64,000 nt of DNA from an uncultured Ruminococcus sp. (GTDB taxonomy: Bacteria > Bacillota > Clostridia > Oscillospirales > Ruminococcaceae): contig CAMBLM010000005.1 in NCBI GenBank assembly GCA_945868475.1, forward strand, positions 102,117-166,116, read 5' to 3'. Position numbers and translations under genes: made by a program. Position 1 is the first letter of the stretch; each line of letters starts with the position of its first letter. Positions 35,395-45,004 of this stretch are shown one piece after another. The notes under the pieces were generated by a model. It was not told the DNA's origin. It saw only the letters and a program-made list of their open reading frames with translations, and ran no database searches.

Positions 35395-36753
35395 TTAAAA
35401 TGCAAGCACTCTCGATGCAATAAGGAAATATACAAGAAGTGCAAGCGCATCAACAATTGTTGTAATGAAAGGCGAAGCCATTACGGCAGGGTCAAATCCA
35501 AGCTTCTTTGCAAGCATAGGAAGCGAACAGCCGACAAGCTTTGCAACGATGATAACAAAGAAAATCGTCAGTGCAACTATCATCGCAATTGTTGCACCCT
35601 TTTGGTCGATGAGCATTACTTTTGCGAACACGACAACTGCCATTGTTGCGGCACAGAGTACACCGACGCGTAGTTCTTTCCACATTACTTTGAGAATATC
35701 GGAAAATTCGATTTCCTGAAGCGAGATACCTCTGATTATCGTAACGGACGACTGCGAACCCGAGTTTCCGCCCGTATCCATAAGCATCGGGATAAAAGCT
35801 GTCAGTGCAGGAACAACAGCAAGTGCGCTTTCAAAGTGCGTGAGTATCATTCCCGTAAATGTTGCCGATATCATAAGGAGCATCAGCCACGGGATACGCT
35901 GTTTCCAGAGTGAGAACACGCTCGTTTTGAGGTAGGTTTTGCTTGACGAGGACGGGAGCATAGCACCCATGATCTCCATGTCCTCCATATCCTCGTCACG
36001 GATAACGTCCATAGCGTCGTCGAATGTGAGGATTCCGACTATTCTTCCGTCGCTGTCAACAACGGGGATAGCGGCAAGGTCATATTTTGAAAGCATTTGC
36101 GCGGCTGTTTCACGGTCATCGTGAGTGTTCACGCATATAAAGTTAGTTTCCATTATGTCGGAAACCGGGGTTTCATAGTCCGAAACAAGCATATCGAGCA
36201 GTGAAACAACGCCGAGAAGCTTTCGGTTCTGCGTTACATAGCAGGTATAAACGGTTTCCTTTGCAAGACCGATCTTTCGTATCTGGTCGAAGCCCTCCTT
36301 AACGGTGAGGTCTGCGCGGAAGTAAACAAACTCGGTCGTCATTACCGAACCTGCGCTGTCCTTCGGGTATTTTAACAGCTCGTTGATCTGATTTCGTGTT
36401 GCGGGATCGGTATTTTTGAGAATACGGGAAACAACGTTCGCAGGCATCTCTTCGATAAGGTCAACGGTATCGTCCATGTAGAGTTCATCGATGACATCGT
36501 GGAGTTCCTTATCGGAAAGGGCATTGATAAGCACACGCTGGAGGTCGCTGTTCATATAGGTGAAAACCTCGGCGGCGATCTCTTTCGGTAAAATTCGGTA
36601 TAAAAGTGTAAGTTCACGATCGCCGAACTCGTCAAACTCGTCCATTTCTTCAACGAGAGTAGCGATATCGGCAGGGTTCATCTCGGAAAGTTCTGATTTG
36701 AGCTTTGCGAAGTTGCGTTCGGTCAAAAGCTGTACAGCGGTATCTTTTTCCAT
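35395..36753 (-). CDS. mgtE: Magnesium transporter MgtE
   Basis: 452 aa with an N-domain, a CBS pair and a TM domain carrying PMLMDTGGNSGSQS. Confidence 0.95.
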   Translation of the reverse strand: MEKDTAVQLLTERNFAKLKSELSEMNPADIATLVEEMDEFDEFGDRELTLLYRILPKEIAAEVFTYMNSDLQRVLINALSDKELHDVIDELYMDDTVDLIEEMPANVVSRILKNTDPATRNQINELLKYPKDSAGSVMTTEFVYFRADLTVKEGFDQIRKIGLAKETVYTCYVTQNRKLLGVVSLLDMLVSDYETPVSDIMETNFICVNTHDDRETAAQMLSKYDLAAIPVVDSDGRIVGILTFDDAMDVIRDEDMEDMEIMGAMLPSSSSKTYLKTSVFSLWKQRIPWLMLLMISATFTGMILTHFESALAVVPALTAFIPMLMDTGGNSGSQSSVTIIRGISLQEIEFSDILKVMWKELRVGVLCAATMAVVVFAKVMLIDQKGATIAMIVALTIFFVIIVAKLVGCSLPMLAKKLGFDPAVMASPFITTIVDALALLVYFLIASRVLAF

Positions 36754-36984
36754 AAAAATTCCTCCTCATCTTTCGGAACACGGCAAAGCGTTGTTTCGCC
36801 CTGTCAGCTCCATAATAAAAAAGCGGGAGGCATAAAACATTAAAGTGAAATTACGAAACGAACGGGGACACTTCCGAAACCGCCGCTTCGCACTTGCTAC
36901 CTCGAGGTTTTATACCTGTACTTCCCACGTCCATTAAATCTCACTCCTCTGTAATTTATTAAATTCGGGTAAAGCCAAAATTAC
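36754..36984 (-). promoter_or_regulatory. About 230-nt structured 5' leader of mgtE (unclassified)
   Basis: The promoter TTGACA-17-TATAAT sits at 37019-36991 (minus strand). The leader contains a 9-bp closing helix AGTGAGATT...AATTTCACT and a CCTCCCGCTTTTTT tract. Confidence 0.35.
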
Positions 36985-37092
36985 TTTTTAATTATACATT
37001 AGTGCATTTTAAATGTCAAGAATTTTTATGTTAATTTAAGTTAAAAAGCAAAAATTACCGCCGCATAAGAACGGTAAGAATTTATGCGACGG

Positions 37093-37214
37093 TAATGCTA
37101 AACACCAATAAAACTATAGACAAAAAATCTGTGCAAAATCCATATCAAGCTGTTTTTAACAGCTGCGAGTTTTTGCTTGATTTTTTGTATAGTTTTTAAT
37201 TGGTGTTTAGCATA
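37093..37214. mobile_element. Family-A palindromic element (A1 subtype with extra central mini-hairpin)
   Basis: AATGCTAAACACCAATAAAACTATAGACAAAAAATCTGTGCAAAATCCATA..AGCTGTTTTTAACAGCT..TTTTTGCTTGATTTTTTGTATAGTTTTTAATTGGTGTTTAGCATA. Confidence 0.8.
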
Positions 37215-37217
37215 ATA

Positions 37218-38027
37218 TCAGCTTCCCTTTATTGCGAGCGGCTTGACAGAGGAACGTCTTGTGATAAGGCAGGATATGAGCAGCAGTATCAGCGAAGCAC
37301 CGATGAATACCGCAGCACCCTGTGAGGCATTTCCTATAAACGGAGCATCTGAACTCGGATCAACAAGATCTGCAAGTCCGACCAATTTCACAACACTGCA
37401 CCAGAATGATGCCAATGCGTCTTCGCCCAGTGCGAAATAAATTCCTCCAGTTGGGATGAAAATTAACAAAAGTGTGATTATCAAAGCTGCCCAGTTAGAA
37501 AGTTTGTATGAAATTGAAGCGATCAGTATAACAACTGCACATAATGCAATGTAGCTGAATATTGCTATGCCCAAAAAACGAAGCCTTACTGCAAAATCAC
37601 TCCAACCCTCGTCATACAGAACGTAGTTTACACCGTAAAGCGATGCACCCCACATTTCGTCATCTCCCGTTATCAATGACATGATCGGAAAAATTACAGA
37701 AACCTCAAGAGCCGAAATTATGGAAAATATTACAGAGGATATGTATGCGGAAACGCAGGCTGTTGTCCTTGAAGTTCCGTTTGCGGCAGCTGTGTTGAAA
37801 AAGTCTGTGATGTTTGCACACATAAATGCGAATATGAATATGCCGATCAAAGCATCAAATCCGTTCTGTCCCGTTTCGCGAAGACTGAACGGAACTTTTT
37901 CTGTAAGAGATCTGATCGTTGCGGAAATCAGCATAGAGCCGATCACCCAAATAAGGTAAAATAACGGAACTGATCTTAATCTGTAAAGCTGATATTTGCA
38001 GTTTGCGATAATACTGTTTGCTGACAT
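37218..38027 (-). CDS. Polytopic membrane protein; probable permease partner of the adjacent ABC ATPase
   Basis: 269 aa with about 6 TM helices. It is the third gene of a GntR-ABC-membrane operon. Confidence 0.6.
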   Translation of the reverse strand: MSANSIIANCKYQLYRLRSVPLFYLIWVIGSMLISATIRSLTEKVPFSLRETGQNGFDALIGIFIFAFMCANITDFFNTAAANGTSRTTACVSAYISSVIFSIISALEVSVIFPIMSLITGDDEMWGASLYGVNYVLYDEGWSDFAVRLRFLGIAIFSYIALCAVVILIASISYKLSNWAALIITLLLIFIPTGGIYFALGEDALASFWCSVVKLVGLADLVDPSSDAPFIGNASQGAAVFIGASLILLLISCLITRRSSVKPLAIKGS

Positions 38028-38041
38028 AAAATTTTCCCCCT

Positions 38042-38902
38042 TTATGAATTCGTAAGTTGTATGAAAATGTTTTGCAGGTTCATCGGCTCGGCGGAAAGTC
38101 CCTCGGGAATATCCGCATTTTCAAGGCTTCCCTTGACGTAAAGCGTCTTTAAGCCGCCGAGAGCGTCCCCGCCCATAAGCTCTTTTCCTTTGGCAAATTC
38201 ATCAACGTCCGCAGCCTTGCCCGAAACGCTGTAACCCATAGAACGTATTTCGTCCGTGTCCTTGTCGAAGAGGACTTCGCCCTTTTTGATGATAACGGCA
38301 CGTTCGATAATTCCTGCGGTTTCTTCGATAAGATGAGTTGAAATAACATAGGTCGCAGGACGTTCGCTGTAGCGGTTCACAACGTGCTTGTAGAAAAGGT
38401 CACGGTGGTTTGCGTCAAGTCCGAGAACGGGTTCATCGAAAAGTACTATAGGCGCACCGCAGGCAAGCGCATTCACAGCCTTTGCAATGGTTCTGTATCC
38501 CGTTGAAAGCTTAGAAAGCTTTCTGTTTGTGTCAAGCTCATATTCCGAGCAAAGCTTCATCGCATATTCCATGTCAAAATCGGGATAGTAAAACGATGCG
38601 GTCTTGAACATATCCTTGACTTTGAGCGATGGATTGTAAAGAAGCTGTTCGCTCATCAGATGCACTTTGCAAAGTGCGCTGTCATTGCCGGTCGCGTTCA
38701 CTCCGTCGATGATGACCTCGCCCGAGTCGGCGAAAGTTCTGCCCGAAATAATGTTGAGCAGGGTGGATTTTCCTGCGCCGTTTCTGCCGAGCAGACCGTA
38801 AATGCAGTTTTCTTTGAATGTTACACTGACATTGCTCAGTGCGGTGGTTTTGCCGTAGTTTTTTGTAAGATCTCTGATCTCAATTGTGCTCATTTCCGTC
38901 AC
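38042..38902 (-). CDS. ABC transporter ATP-binding protein
   Basis: 286 aa with Walker A GRNGAGKST, the signature LSTGY and Walker B VLFDEP. Confidence 0.9.
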   Translation of the reverse strand: MTEMSTIEIRDLTKNYGKTTALSNVSVTFKENCIYGLLGRNGAGKSTLLNIISGRTFADSGEVIIDGVNATGNDSALCKVHLMSEQLLYNPSLKVKDMFKTASFYYPDFDMEYAMKLCSEYELDTNRKLSKLSTGYRTIAKAVNALACGAPIVLFDEPVLGLDANHRDLFYKHVVNRYSERPATYVISTHLIEETAGIIERAVIIKKGEVLFDKDTDEIRSMGYSVSGKAADVDEFAKGKELMGGDALGGLKTLYVKGSLENADIPEGLSAEPMNLQNIFIQLTNS

Positions 38903-39257
38903 AGCCTTTCTCTATCATATTGATGATCTCATTTTTTGTGATGCCGAGTTTTGTTGCTTCGCTGATGAGCGACTTGATGTACTTGTCGCAGAATTCCTGC
39001 TTGCGCTCGCTGCGGATTTTCTGTTCAGCACCGCTGCATACGAACATACCAAGACCCCTTTTCTTATAGATTATTTCTTTGTCAACTAAAATGTTTACCC
39101 CTTTGAGGGCTGTCGCAGGATTTATCCTGTACATCGCCGATATTTCCGTCGTGGACGGTATCTGCGTTTCTTCGGGAAAAACTCCCGTAAGGATATTTTC
39201 CTCGATCCATTCAGCCATTTGAATGTAGATAGGCTTTTCGCCGTCAAAGTTTGCCAA
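38880..39257 (-). CDS. GntR family (YtrA-like) transcriptional regulator
   Basis: 125 aa, TTG start. The winged HTH reads IPSTTEISAMYRINPATALKGVNILVDKEIIYKKRGLGMFV. Confidence 0.85.
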   Translation of the reverse strand: MANFDGEKPIYIQMAEWIEENILTGVFPEETQIPSTTEISAMYRINPATALKGVNILVDKEIIYKKRGLGMFVCSGAEQKIRSERKQEFCDKYIKSLISEATKLGITKNEIINMIEKGCDGNEHN

Positions 39258-39295
39258 TATATCATCTCCTTGTTTATTGGTTAATTACTTGTGTA

Positions 39296-39328
39296 ACTAA
39301 CTATATCACTAACTATCTATACTGTCAA
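39296..39328 (-). promoter_or_regulatory. Promoter plus direct-repeat operator candidate for the GntR operon
   Basis: Minus strand: TTGACA-17-TATAGT (39328-39300). Two ATAGTTAGT repeats (plus-strand ACTAACTAT at 39296-39304 and 39308-39316) overlap the -10. Confidence 0.45.
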
Positions 39329-39431
39329 TACAAGAGTAATATTTTTGTGAAATGTTACAAAACACGGCTTGTAATTATAGTAAAAACAGCCATATCCGAG
39401 AATTACCCGAATATGGCTGTTGTGATCCTAT

Positions 39432-39520
39432 ATAATGCTAAACACCAATATAAACCTGTTAAAAACAGCTACGAGATTATCGGCTTGATTTTTTCCAAAT
39501 TTTAAATGATGTTTAGTATA
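39432..39520. mobile_element. Family-A palindromic element (short hybrid copy)
   Basis: ATAATGCTAAACACCAATATAAACCTGTTAAAAACAGCTACGAGATTATCGGCTTGATTTTTTCCAAATTTTAAATGATGTTTAGTATA. Confidence 0.65.
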
Positions 39521-39525
39521 AAGTT

Positions 39526-41931
39526 TTATTTTACGGAAAAAGGAATGTTTCCACCAGTGAATTGAACGCTGTCAGCTGAGAATATTCCCGAAACAACTTC
39601 AATTTCGACTGTATGAACATCGTCAGCAAGTCCGTCAATGCCGTAAGCAATGTCACGGACTTCACATTCGGGAACGGAATAGCTTTCAGCGACGGTTTTG
39701 CCGTCAATTTTTACGTTTATGACCGCGTTCTGCTTGTTTTCGCCGACAACAGCAAAGCCGTTTCCGCTGAAATTCAGCGTCATGACCGCGCCTGCACTTC
39801 CGTTTGAAAGCGTCCGCTTGTAATTTGCAAAGCTGCCCGTTGTGATATGCTCCCAATCGCCCGAATAATCGCAGCAAAGGTCGGTATTATCATAACGTGT
39901 GATGTAACAATTTTCGTTCGGCTCAATTAGAAGATGAGCAAACATATTTCTGTTAAAAGAGCTGTAAAATGCTGCTCTGCCTGCGCTTTGAACGCATTTG
40001 TCGGTGAAGTCGATGACTTTTTCGCCGCTGATAAAGCATTGGATATTATCGTACCGAACGGAAATTTTCAGCGGTGTGGATCCGTGAACGTTTACCTTGG
40101 ACGACCCGCTTTCAAGCACGGTTTTATTCTTCATGAGCGAGTAAGTTCCGTCCTCGGAGAGCTTCAGCCAGTAGCCGCTTTCGCCCTTGTGACCCTCGCT
40201 GTAGCGAAGTCCGATGCCCGCGTAGTTTTTGTCGGGTTCGGCACTATCGCAAAGCTTTACCTCGGCGGAAACGCTGTAATTGTACCAGCGGTCGTCACCG
40301 AAATTCGTTGTCGGGTTTGGCGTGAAACCCCATTCCTCGGCTTTCGTTTCAGGCGTTATCTGCTGAACAAGAATATTTCTGCCGTTGATATTCTCAACTT
40401 CAAAAGCTCCGCCCTCGTCCGTGGTGAACATCGGCGCACCGCCCCTTGCACGAATAAATTCTTCGCCGTAATCAAAATCATCGGAGTAGGGGAGAGCGAG
40501 AACAGTACGTTCGCTTTCAGGCATATTTACATAGTCGTTCACAGCTTTGACCGTGGATAAAGTTATTATTGAGAAAGGCTTTACAGTCACGCTGTAGGAA
40601 TATTTTCCATCGGCTTCGGTTGGTGTTATCGTGTCTGTCTTCTTGAAATAATTCTCATCATAGCTGCCATTGTCAGGACCTCTTGTTTCCCGGACATCGA
40701 CTTCGGACGAAGCTTTTTCAAGGTTGGAAACGGTGATATCGTAAATAATGGGTTCGGATGTCGAGTTTGTGATAACTGTGCTGTAGTCGCCGCTGTCGGG
40801 GTCGCAGGCTGTGATATAGCTGAAAACAGAATCGACAAGTGCATGACCGTCGCCGCCCGTTTTGGCGTCAGCGTGACAAGCACTGTCAATGTATGTCCAA
40901 CCCTTTTTGATGAACTGCGAAAAATGAAGCGACATAAAAAATCCGCTGTCGAGATAATAATATCCGCTCCAAGGGTCGCAGGCGGAGATGAACTGCTTCT
41001 GGCAGTAGCAAACACCGTCATAATAAGCCGCAATGACAGGCTGCAATTCACACATCGTCATTTTGCCGCTCGCATACATCATTATAAGTCGGTTTGCGAT
41101 GTCGAGAACACCGTTGAGGTCGCCCAGTCCCGAGCCATTCCCGTCAAAACGGTAAATTCCCTGTGCGTAGCTCATGGACGAACTGCCCTCGCTGAACCAA
41201 AGCTCCTTGCCGTGTTCTTCCGCAAGCTTTTTGGCCGCATCGGTGGACATACTCGTGTAGTGACTGCCGACAACATCGACCGCCGACATAAGCTTTTCGT
41301 CCTCAAACATTCGGTCGGCAAAGCCCCAGGTGCAGACCTCTTCACCGCCGACTATCTTAATTTTTGAATAATCATAAGGGCAGTCTGTTTCGCTCTTCAA
41401 ATGCTTCGAAAGATACTTCACCCATTCGAGATCAGCACCGCGCTCATTGCGCACAACGCTCACATAATCGAACTTCAAGCCGTAAGTTTCATACGCCGCA
41501 TCAAGCGTTTCTTTGTACCATTTGTAGCGTGCAGCGTGAACATTGTCAGCCTTTGTCACCCACAGCGGTTCGCTCCACCAGAGCATATCAAGCTCCAGAT
41601 CGGGGTTGATCTTTTTCGCGTCGGCGGCGAGCTGATAGCCCGCACCGCGCGTAACATCGGCTTTTTCGTCCTCATAACGCTTTACGCAGGGTTCAGTTCC
41701 CGATGAAGAATTCACGTCAGAACCCATTTCAAGCTTTAGAAAATTCACACCGATGCCGTGCTTTCCAAATGTGTATTCAAGTATTTCATTGTATCTGTCG
41801 GGATGTTCCGATTTGTAGTCGAGCAAAAGCCGTGAAGAATTGTTTCCCGATACCATTCCTGCGCCGCGGAATCGCATATTTAAAGCCGTATTTGCATTTT
41901 TACCGTCGATAGTGAAGCTTTTTTTTCTCAT
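39526..41931 (-). CDS. Glycoside hydrolase family 59-like (galactosylceramidase-type beta-galactosidase) with C-terminal beta-sandwich domains
   Basis: 801 aa. The N-terminus (RFRGAGMVSGNNSSRLLLDYKSEHPDRYNEILEYTFGKHGIGVNFLKLEMGSDVNSSSGTEP) parallels the GALC/GH59 N-terminal pattern. Confidence 0.7.
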   Translation of the reverse strand: MRKKSFTIDGKNANTALNMRFRGAGMVSGNNSSRLLLDYKSEHPDRYNEILEYTFGKHGIGVNFLKLEMGSDVNSSSGTEPCVKRYEDEKADVTRGAGYQLAADAKKINPDLELDMLWWSEPLWVTKADNVHAARYKWYKETLDAAYETYGLKFDYVSVVRNERGADLEWVKYLSKHLKSETDCPYDYSKIKIVGGEEVCTWGFADRMFEDEKLMSAVDVVGSHYTSMSTDAAKKLAEEHGKELWFSEGSSSMSYAQGIYRFDGNGSGLGDLNGVLDIANRLIMMYASGKMTMCELQPVIAAYYDGVCYCQKQFISACDPWSGYYYLDSGFFMSLHFSQFIKKGWTYIDSACHADAKTGGDGHALVDSVFSYITACDPDSGDYSTVITNSTSEPIIYDITVSNLEKASSEVDVRETRGPDNGSYDENYFKKTDTITPTEADGKYSYSVTVKPFSIITLSTVKAVNDYVNMPESERTVLALPYSDDFDYGEEFIRARGGAPMFTTDEGGAFEVENINGRNILVQQITPETKAEEWGFTPNPTTNFGDDRWYNYSVSAEVKLCDSAEPDKNYAGIGLRYSEGHKGESGYWLKLSEDGTYSLMKNKTVLESGSSKVNVHGSTPLKISVRYDNIQCFISGEKVIDFTDKCVQSAGRAAFYSSFNRNMFAHLLIEPNENCYITRYDNTDLCCDYSGDWEHITTGSFANYKRTLSNGSAGAVMTLNFSGNGFAVVGENKQNAVINVKIDGKTVAESYSVPECEVRDIAYGIDGLADDVHTVEIEVVSGIFSADSVQFTGGNIPFSVK

Positions 41932-42056
41932 ATTTACGACCCTTTCTTTCCATATATTTATCAGCCGTGAAAAATCTTATTTCTGTAAGAAGATAATACC
42001 ATAAATATCGTGAACTTTCAATCGTAAATATTTATTTTACTCTTAAAATTTGAACA

Positions 42057-42875
42057 TCACCTGATGCCGTGCATATTTCTGTAAACGCTTGGCGAAACGC
42101 TCTCATAGCGGCGGAAAACTATCCCGAAATAGTTCGGATCGTGGTATCCCGAAAGCTCACCTATTCGGGCAATGCTTTCATTCGTGGTTTCAAGCAGTGA
42201 TTTGGCGTGTGTAATTCGTTTGAGCGCAACATATTCCATAGGACGAAGTCCGAAACGTGCCTTGAAAAGTCGGCAGAAATGCTGTTCCGAAATATTCGTC
42301 AGCGCAGCGAGCGCACCGAGCGTTATATCCTCATAAAAATGCTCATTAATGTACCGTACAGCGGCTTCGGTCACACTGTCGGCGGACGGATCGCTGCCGT
42401 GTTTGGTGCAGAATATCCTGCGCATTTCGAGTATGTATTCATAAAGGAGCCGAGAGCATTTTTCGGGGTCACAGTAGGGTTCTTTTGCAGCCGAAAGCAG
42501 GATATTGAACAGTGAACGCACGGTTTCATTCGCCGAATTTTCCGCAATGCCGTATTCGCCGAAGCCGAGTGTTTTCATAAGCCCGGAAAGATGTTCACCG
42601 CGGAAAACCACCCAATTCGTCGTAAAAACTTCGCCGTTCGGGTAATATTCGTGCGGAACTCCCTTTGCAGCATAAAGAATACTGCCCGTGTTCAGCGGAA
42701 AGCTTTTGCCGTCAATACCGAACGTTCCCGAACCCTCGCTGACGAAAAGAAACTGGTGCGAAGCAAGTCCGTTTTCACGGACAATGTGATATTCGGGCTC
42801 TGAAATGCCTATTCCCGAAACATAGAACGGCAGTTCGGTCTGTCTGCCGATGACGGGATAAATCGAGCAATACAT
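42057..42875 (-). CDS. AraC family transcriptional regulator (cupin sensor plus HTH)
   Basis: 272 aa. The C-terminal HTH_18 region reads LAALTNISEQHFCRLFKARFG...IGELSGYHDPNYFGIVFRR. Confidence 0.9.
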   Translation of the reverse strand: MYCSIYPVIGRQTELPFYVSGIGISEPEYHIVRENGLASHQFLFVSEGSGTFGIDGKSFPLNTGSILYAAKGVPHEYYPNGEVFTTNWVVFRGEHLSGLMKTLGFGEYGIAENSANETVRSLFNILLSAAKEPYCDPEKCSRLLYEYILEMRRIFCTKHGSDPSADSVTEAAVRYINEHFYEDITLGALAALTNISEQHFCRLFKARFGLRPMEYVALKRITHAKSLLETTNESIARIGELSGYHDPNYFGIVFRRYESVSPSVYRNMHGIR

Positions 42876-43297
42876 TAGTTGACCTCCCCGATGTTCAAAA
42901 TATTGTCAAGCCAAATTTCTGTGCGGTCGGTGAATATCATCTTCCGCTCAACTTCGTCTATTCGCCTGACCGAGCCTCTGAAAAGCGTTATCGCGCCGCC
43001 CTCTTTAAGTTCGTCGGGAATGAAAAAGGTCACGGTCACTTCGGGGCGTTCGTCTATCCGTTCCGTAATGATGCGAAGCTTTTCGTTCAGCTCATTCTGC
43101 ATCGTTTCGGTAAGTTCGGGCTTCTCGGAGGTAAGTCGTGCCGCTTCGTCCGTGCAGTCCTCAAACCCTGTCAGAGCTGCAAAAGGGGCAAACTGTGCCG
43201 CACGGCTTATCCTTGACATTGGCTGACGCGTTGCCGAGGTGTGATGCGGCAAGTTGATTATATCGTCATATTTATGAGTTGCTTTTAGCGCAGACAA
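42875..43297 (-). CDS. YolD-like protein (accessory to Y-family polymerase)
   Basis: TTG start at 43297 after an AAAGGAGGA RBS. Motif: RAAQFAPFAALTGFE. Its stop overlaps the AraC start (TAATG). Confidence 0.7.
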   Translation of the reverse strand: MSALKATHKYDDIINLPHHTSATRQPMSRISRAAQFAPFAALTGFEDCTDEAARLTSEKPELTETMQNELNEKLRIITERIDERPEVTVTFFIPDELKEGGAITLFRGSVRRIDEVERKMIFTDRTEIWLDNILNIGEVN

Positions 43298-43319
43298 GAC
43301 CTTTCCTCCTTTGAAAAAT

Positions 43320-44819
43320 TTACGCCTTGTGACCGCCGACCTGACCGTTCCGCTCGCGCGCAGTCGCTCCGTCCTCAAAATTCATACCGCGCAGGACGGC
43401 GTTTTTTCCGTATTTTTTCTTTATTTCAAGCATTGATAGCTGCATAGCTTTTTCACGGCGCAGGCGTTCCTTTTCGGCGGCTTTTTCACGTTCAAGCTTT
43501 TCAATATCGGTGAAAAAATCAAGCTGAACGGCTTCTTCTGTTTCGGCTGAAGCCTGCTTCTCGCTGACGATGTGATTCGCTGCAACATACATTCGCCGAA
43601 CAGAGAGCGACGGGTCGGTTATGCGGTCGTAAAGCTCCGCAACAGCATCCGTTATGATCCGTGATGAAGCCGTTCTGAACGGGAGATTTATCGTTCCGTG
43701 CGCAGGCTTTGGTATCTTCCTGCCGTAACGGTCAACAGTGCTTTCGCCATTGTAGCCGCTGTTTTCTTTGTCGTAGCCGATAGTGAGAACTATCTGATCG
43801 GTGACGAGCCGCTTGTCAACAAGGTCGAGCGAGAGCATATCAGCCATTTCACGGATAACGATGCGCGCCTTTGCAACGGTATAAGCGCATTGAAGCACCT
43901 GCCCCGTGCTTAAACTGTTCGATTCGGGTCGGTAGGATTTTATATCCGCGATGGTGCAGGGTTCGTAACCCCAGGCGTGGTCAATGAGAAGCTCCGCATT
44001 CACGCCGAAAAGCTTGTAAAGAAATTTTTCCTCGTTCGGGTCAAGCGAAGCACGGGCAATATCACCCATTGTGTGAAGTCCGTTTTTTTCAAGCTTGTCG
44101 GCATAGCCTTTTCCTACGCGCCAGAAATCCGTGAGCGGTGTATGCGCCCACAAGAACCGCCGATAGTTCATCTCATCAAGCGCGGCAATACGAACGCCGT
44201 TTTGGTCGGCAGGGATATGCTTCGCAACAATGTCCATTGCGATCTTGCAAAGGTAAAGATTCGTCCCGATGCCTGCGGTGGCGGTTATGCCCGTTTCGTT
44301 CATAACATCGTTGATAAGCATTGCCGCAAATTCGCGCGGAGAAAGCTTGTAGGTGTCAAGATAAGCGGTAGCGTCGATGAAAACCTCGTCCACGGAATAA
44401 ATATGAATGTCCTCGGGCGCGACGTATTTCAGATATATTTCGTATATGTGAGTGCTGACCTCCATATATTTTACCATTCGCGGCGGTGCAACGATAAAGT
44501 CAAGTTCGAGTGACGGGTCTTTGGCAAGCTCTTCGGCATAGTAGGACTTGCCGCTGAATTTTCGGTCAGGTGTTTTGTAACGGCGTTCATTGTTGACCTG
44601 CTTAACGCGCTCAATGACCTCGAAAAGACGCGCTCTGCCTGATATCCCGTGTGCTTTGAGCGAGGGCGAAACGGCAAGGCAGATAGTTTTCTCCGTTCGC
44701 GACAGATCGGCAACAACAAGGTTCACGCCGAGTGGGTCAAGTCCGCGCTCCACACATTCGACCGAGGCATAAAATGATTTCAGATCTATTGCAATATATA
44801 TCCGCGTATGCTGTTCCAT
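43320..44819 (-). CDS. Y-family DNA polymerase (UmuC/UvrX-like)
   Basis: 499 aa. N-terminus: IYIAIDLKSFYASVECVERGLDP. Also contains SVDEVFID. Confidence 0.9.
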   Translation of the reverse strand: MEQHTRIYIAIDLKSFYASVECVERGLDPLGVNLVVADLSRTEKTICLAVSPSLKAHGISGRARLFEVIERVKQVNNERRYKTPDRKFSGKSYYAEELAKDPSLELDFIVAPPRMVKYMEVSTHIYEIYLKYVAPEDIHIYSVDEVFIDATAYLDTYKLSPREFAAMLINDVMNETGITATAGIGTNLYLCKIAMDIVAKHIPADQNGVRIAALDEMNYRRFLWAHTPLTDFWRVGKGYADKLEKNGLHTMGDIARASLDPNEEKFLYKLFGVNAELLIDHAWGYEPCTIADIKSYRPESNSLSTGQVLQCAYTVAKARIVIREMADMLSLDLVDKRLVTDQIVLTIGYDKENSGYNGESTVDRYGRKIPKPAHGTINLPFRTASSRIITDAVAELYDRITDPSLSVRRMYVAANHIVSEKQASAETEEAVQLDFFTDIEKLEREKAAEKERLRREKAMQLSMLEIKKKYGKNAVLRGMNFEDGATARERNGQVGGHKA

Positions 44820-44841
44820 CTTCTCACTTCCTTTGTTCTAT

Positions 44842-44883
44842 ATTATAGCATATATGTTCGATTTTTGCAAGAACTTTTGTTCG
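44842..44883 (-). promoter_or_regulatory. Promoter with abutting LexA (Cheo/SOS) box
   Basis: Minus strand: TTGCAA-17-TATAAT (44870-44842). The box CGAACAAAAGTTCT (plus-strand AGAACTTTTGTTCG, 44870-44883) matches GAAC-N4-GTTC. Confidence 0.65.
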
Positions 44884-45004
44884 ATTTTTAAAAATATTTT
44901 TTGTCACGGCTTATATTTTTTGAAGAAATGCTTGATTTTTTGACGAAAATTTACTATAATTATGAAAACAATATTTCGACATTTATTTTTTGTGGGGTAA
45001 CAAA

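Noticed and set aside
36754-36984. M-box (Mg2+) riboswitch call for the mgtE leader.
   Set aside because: The conserved M-box sequence blocks are not present in the expected order and spacing. It is kept only as an unclassified structured leader; Rfam cmscan is needed to settle it.
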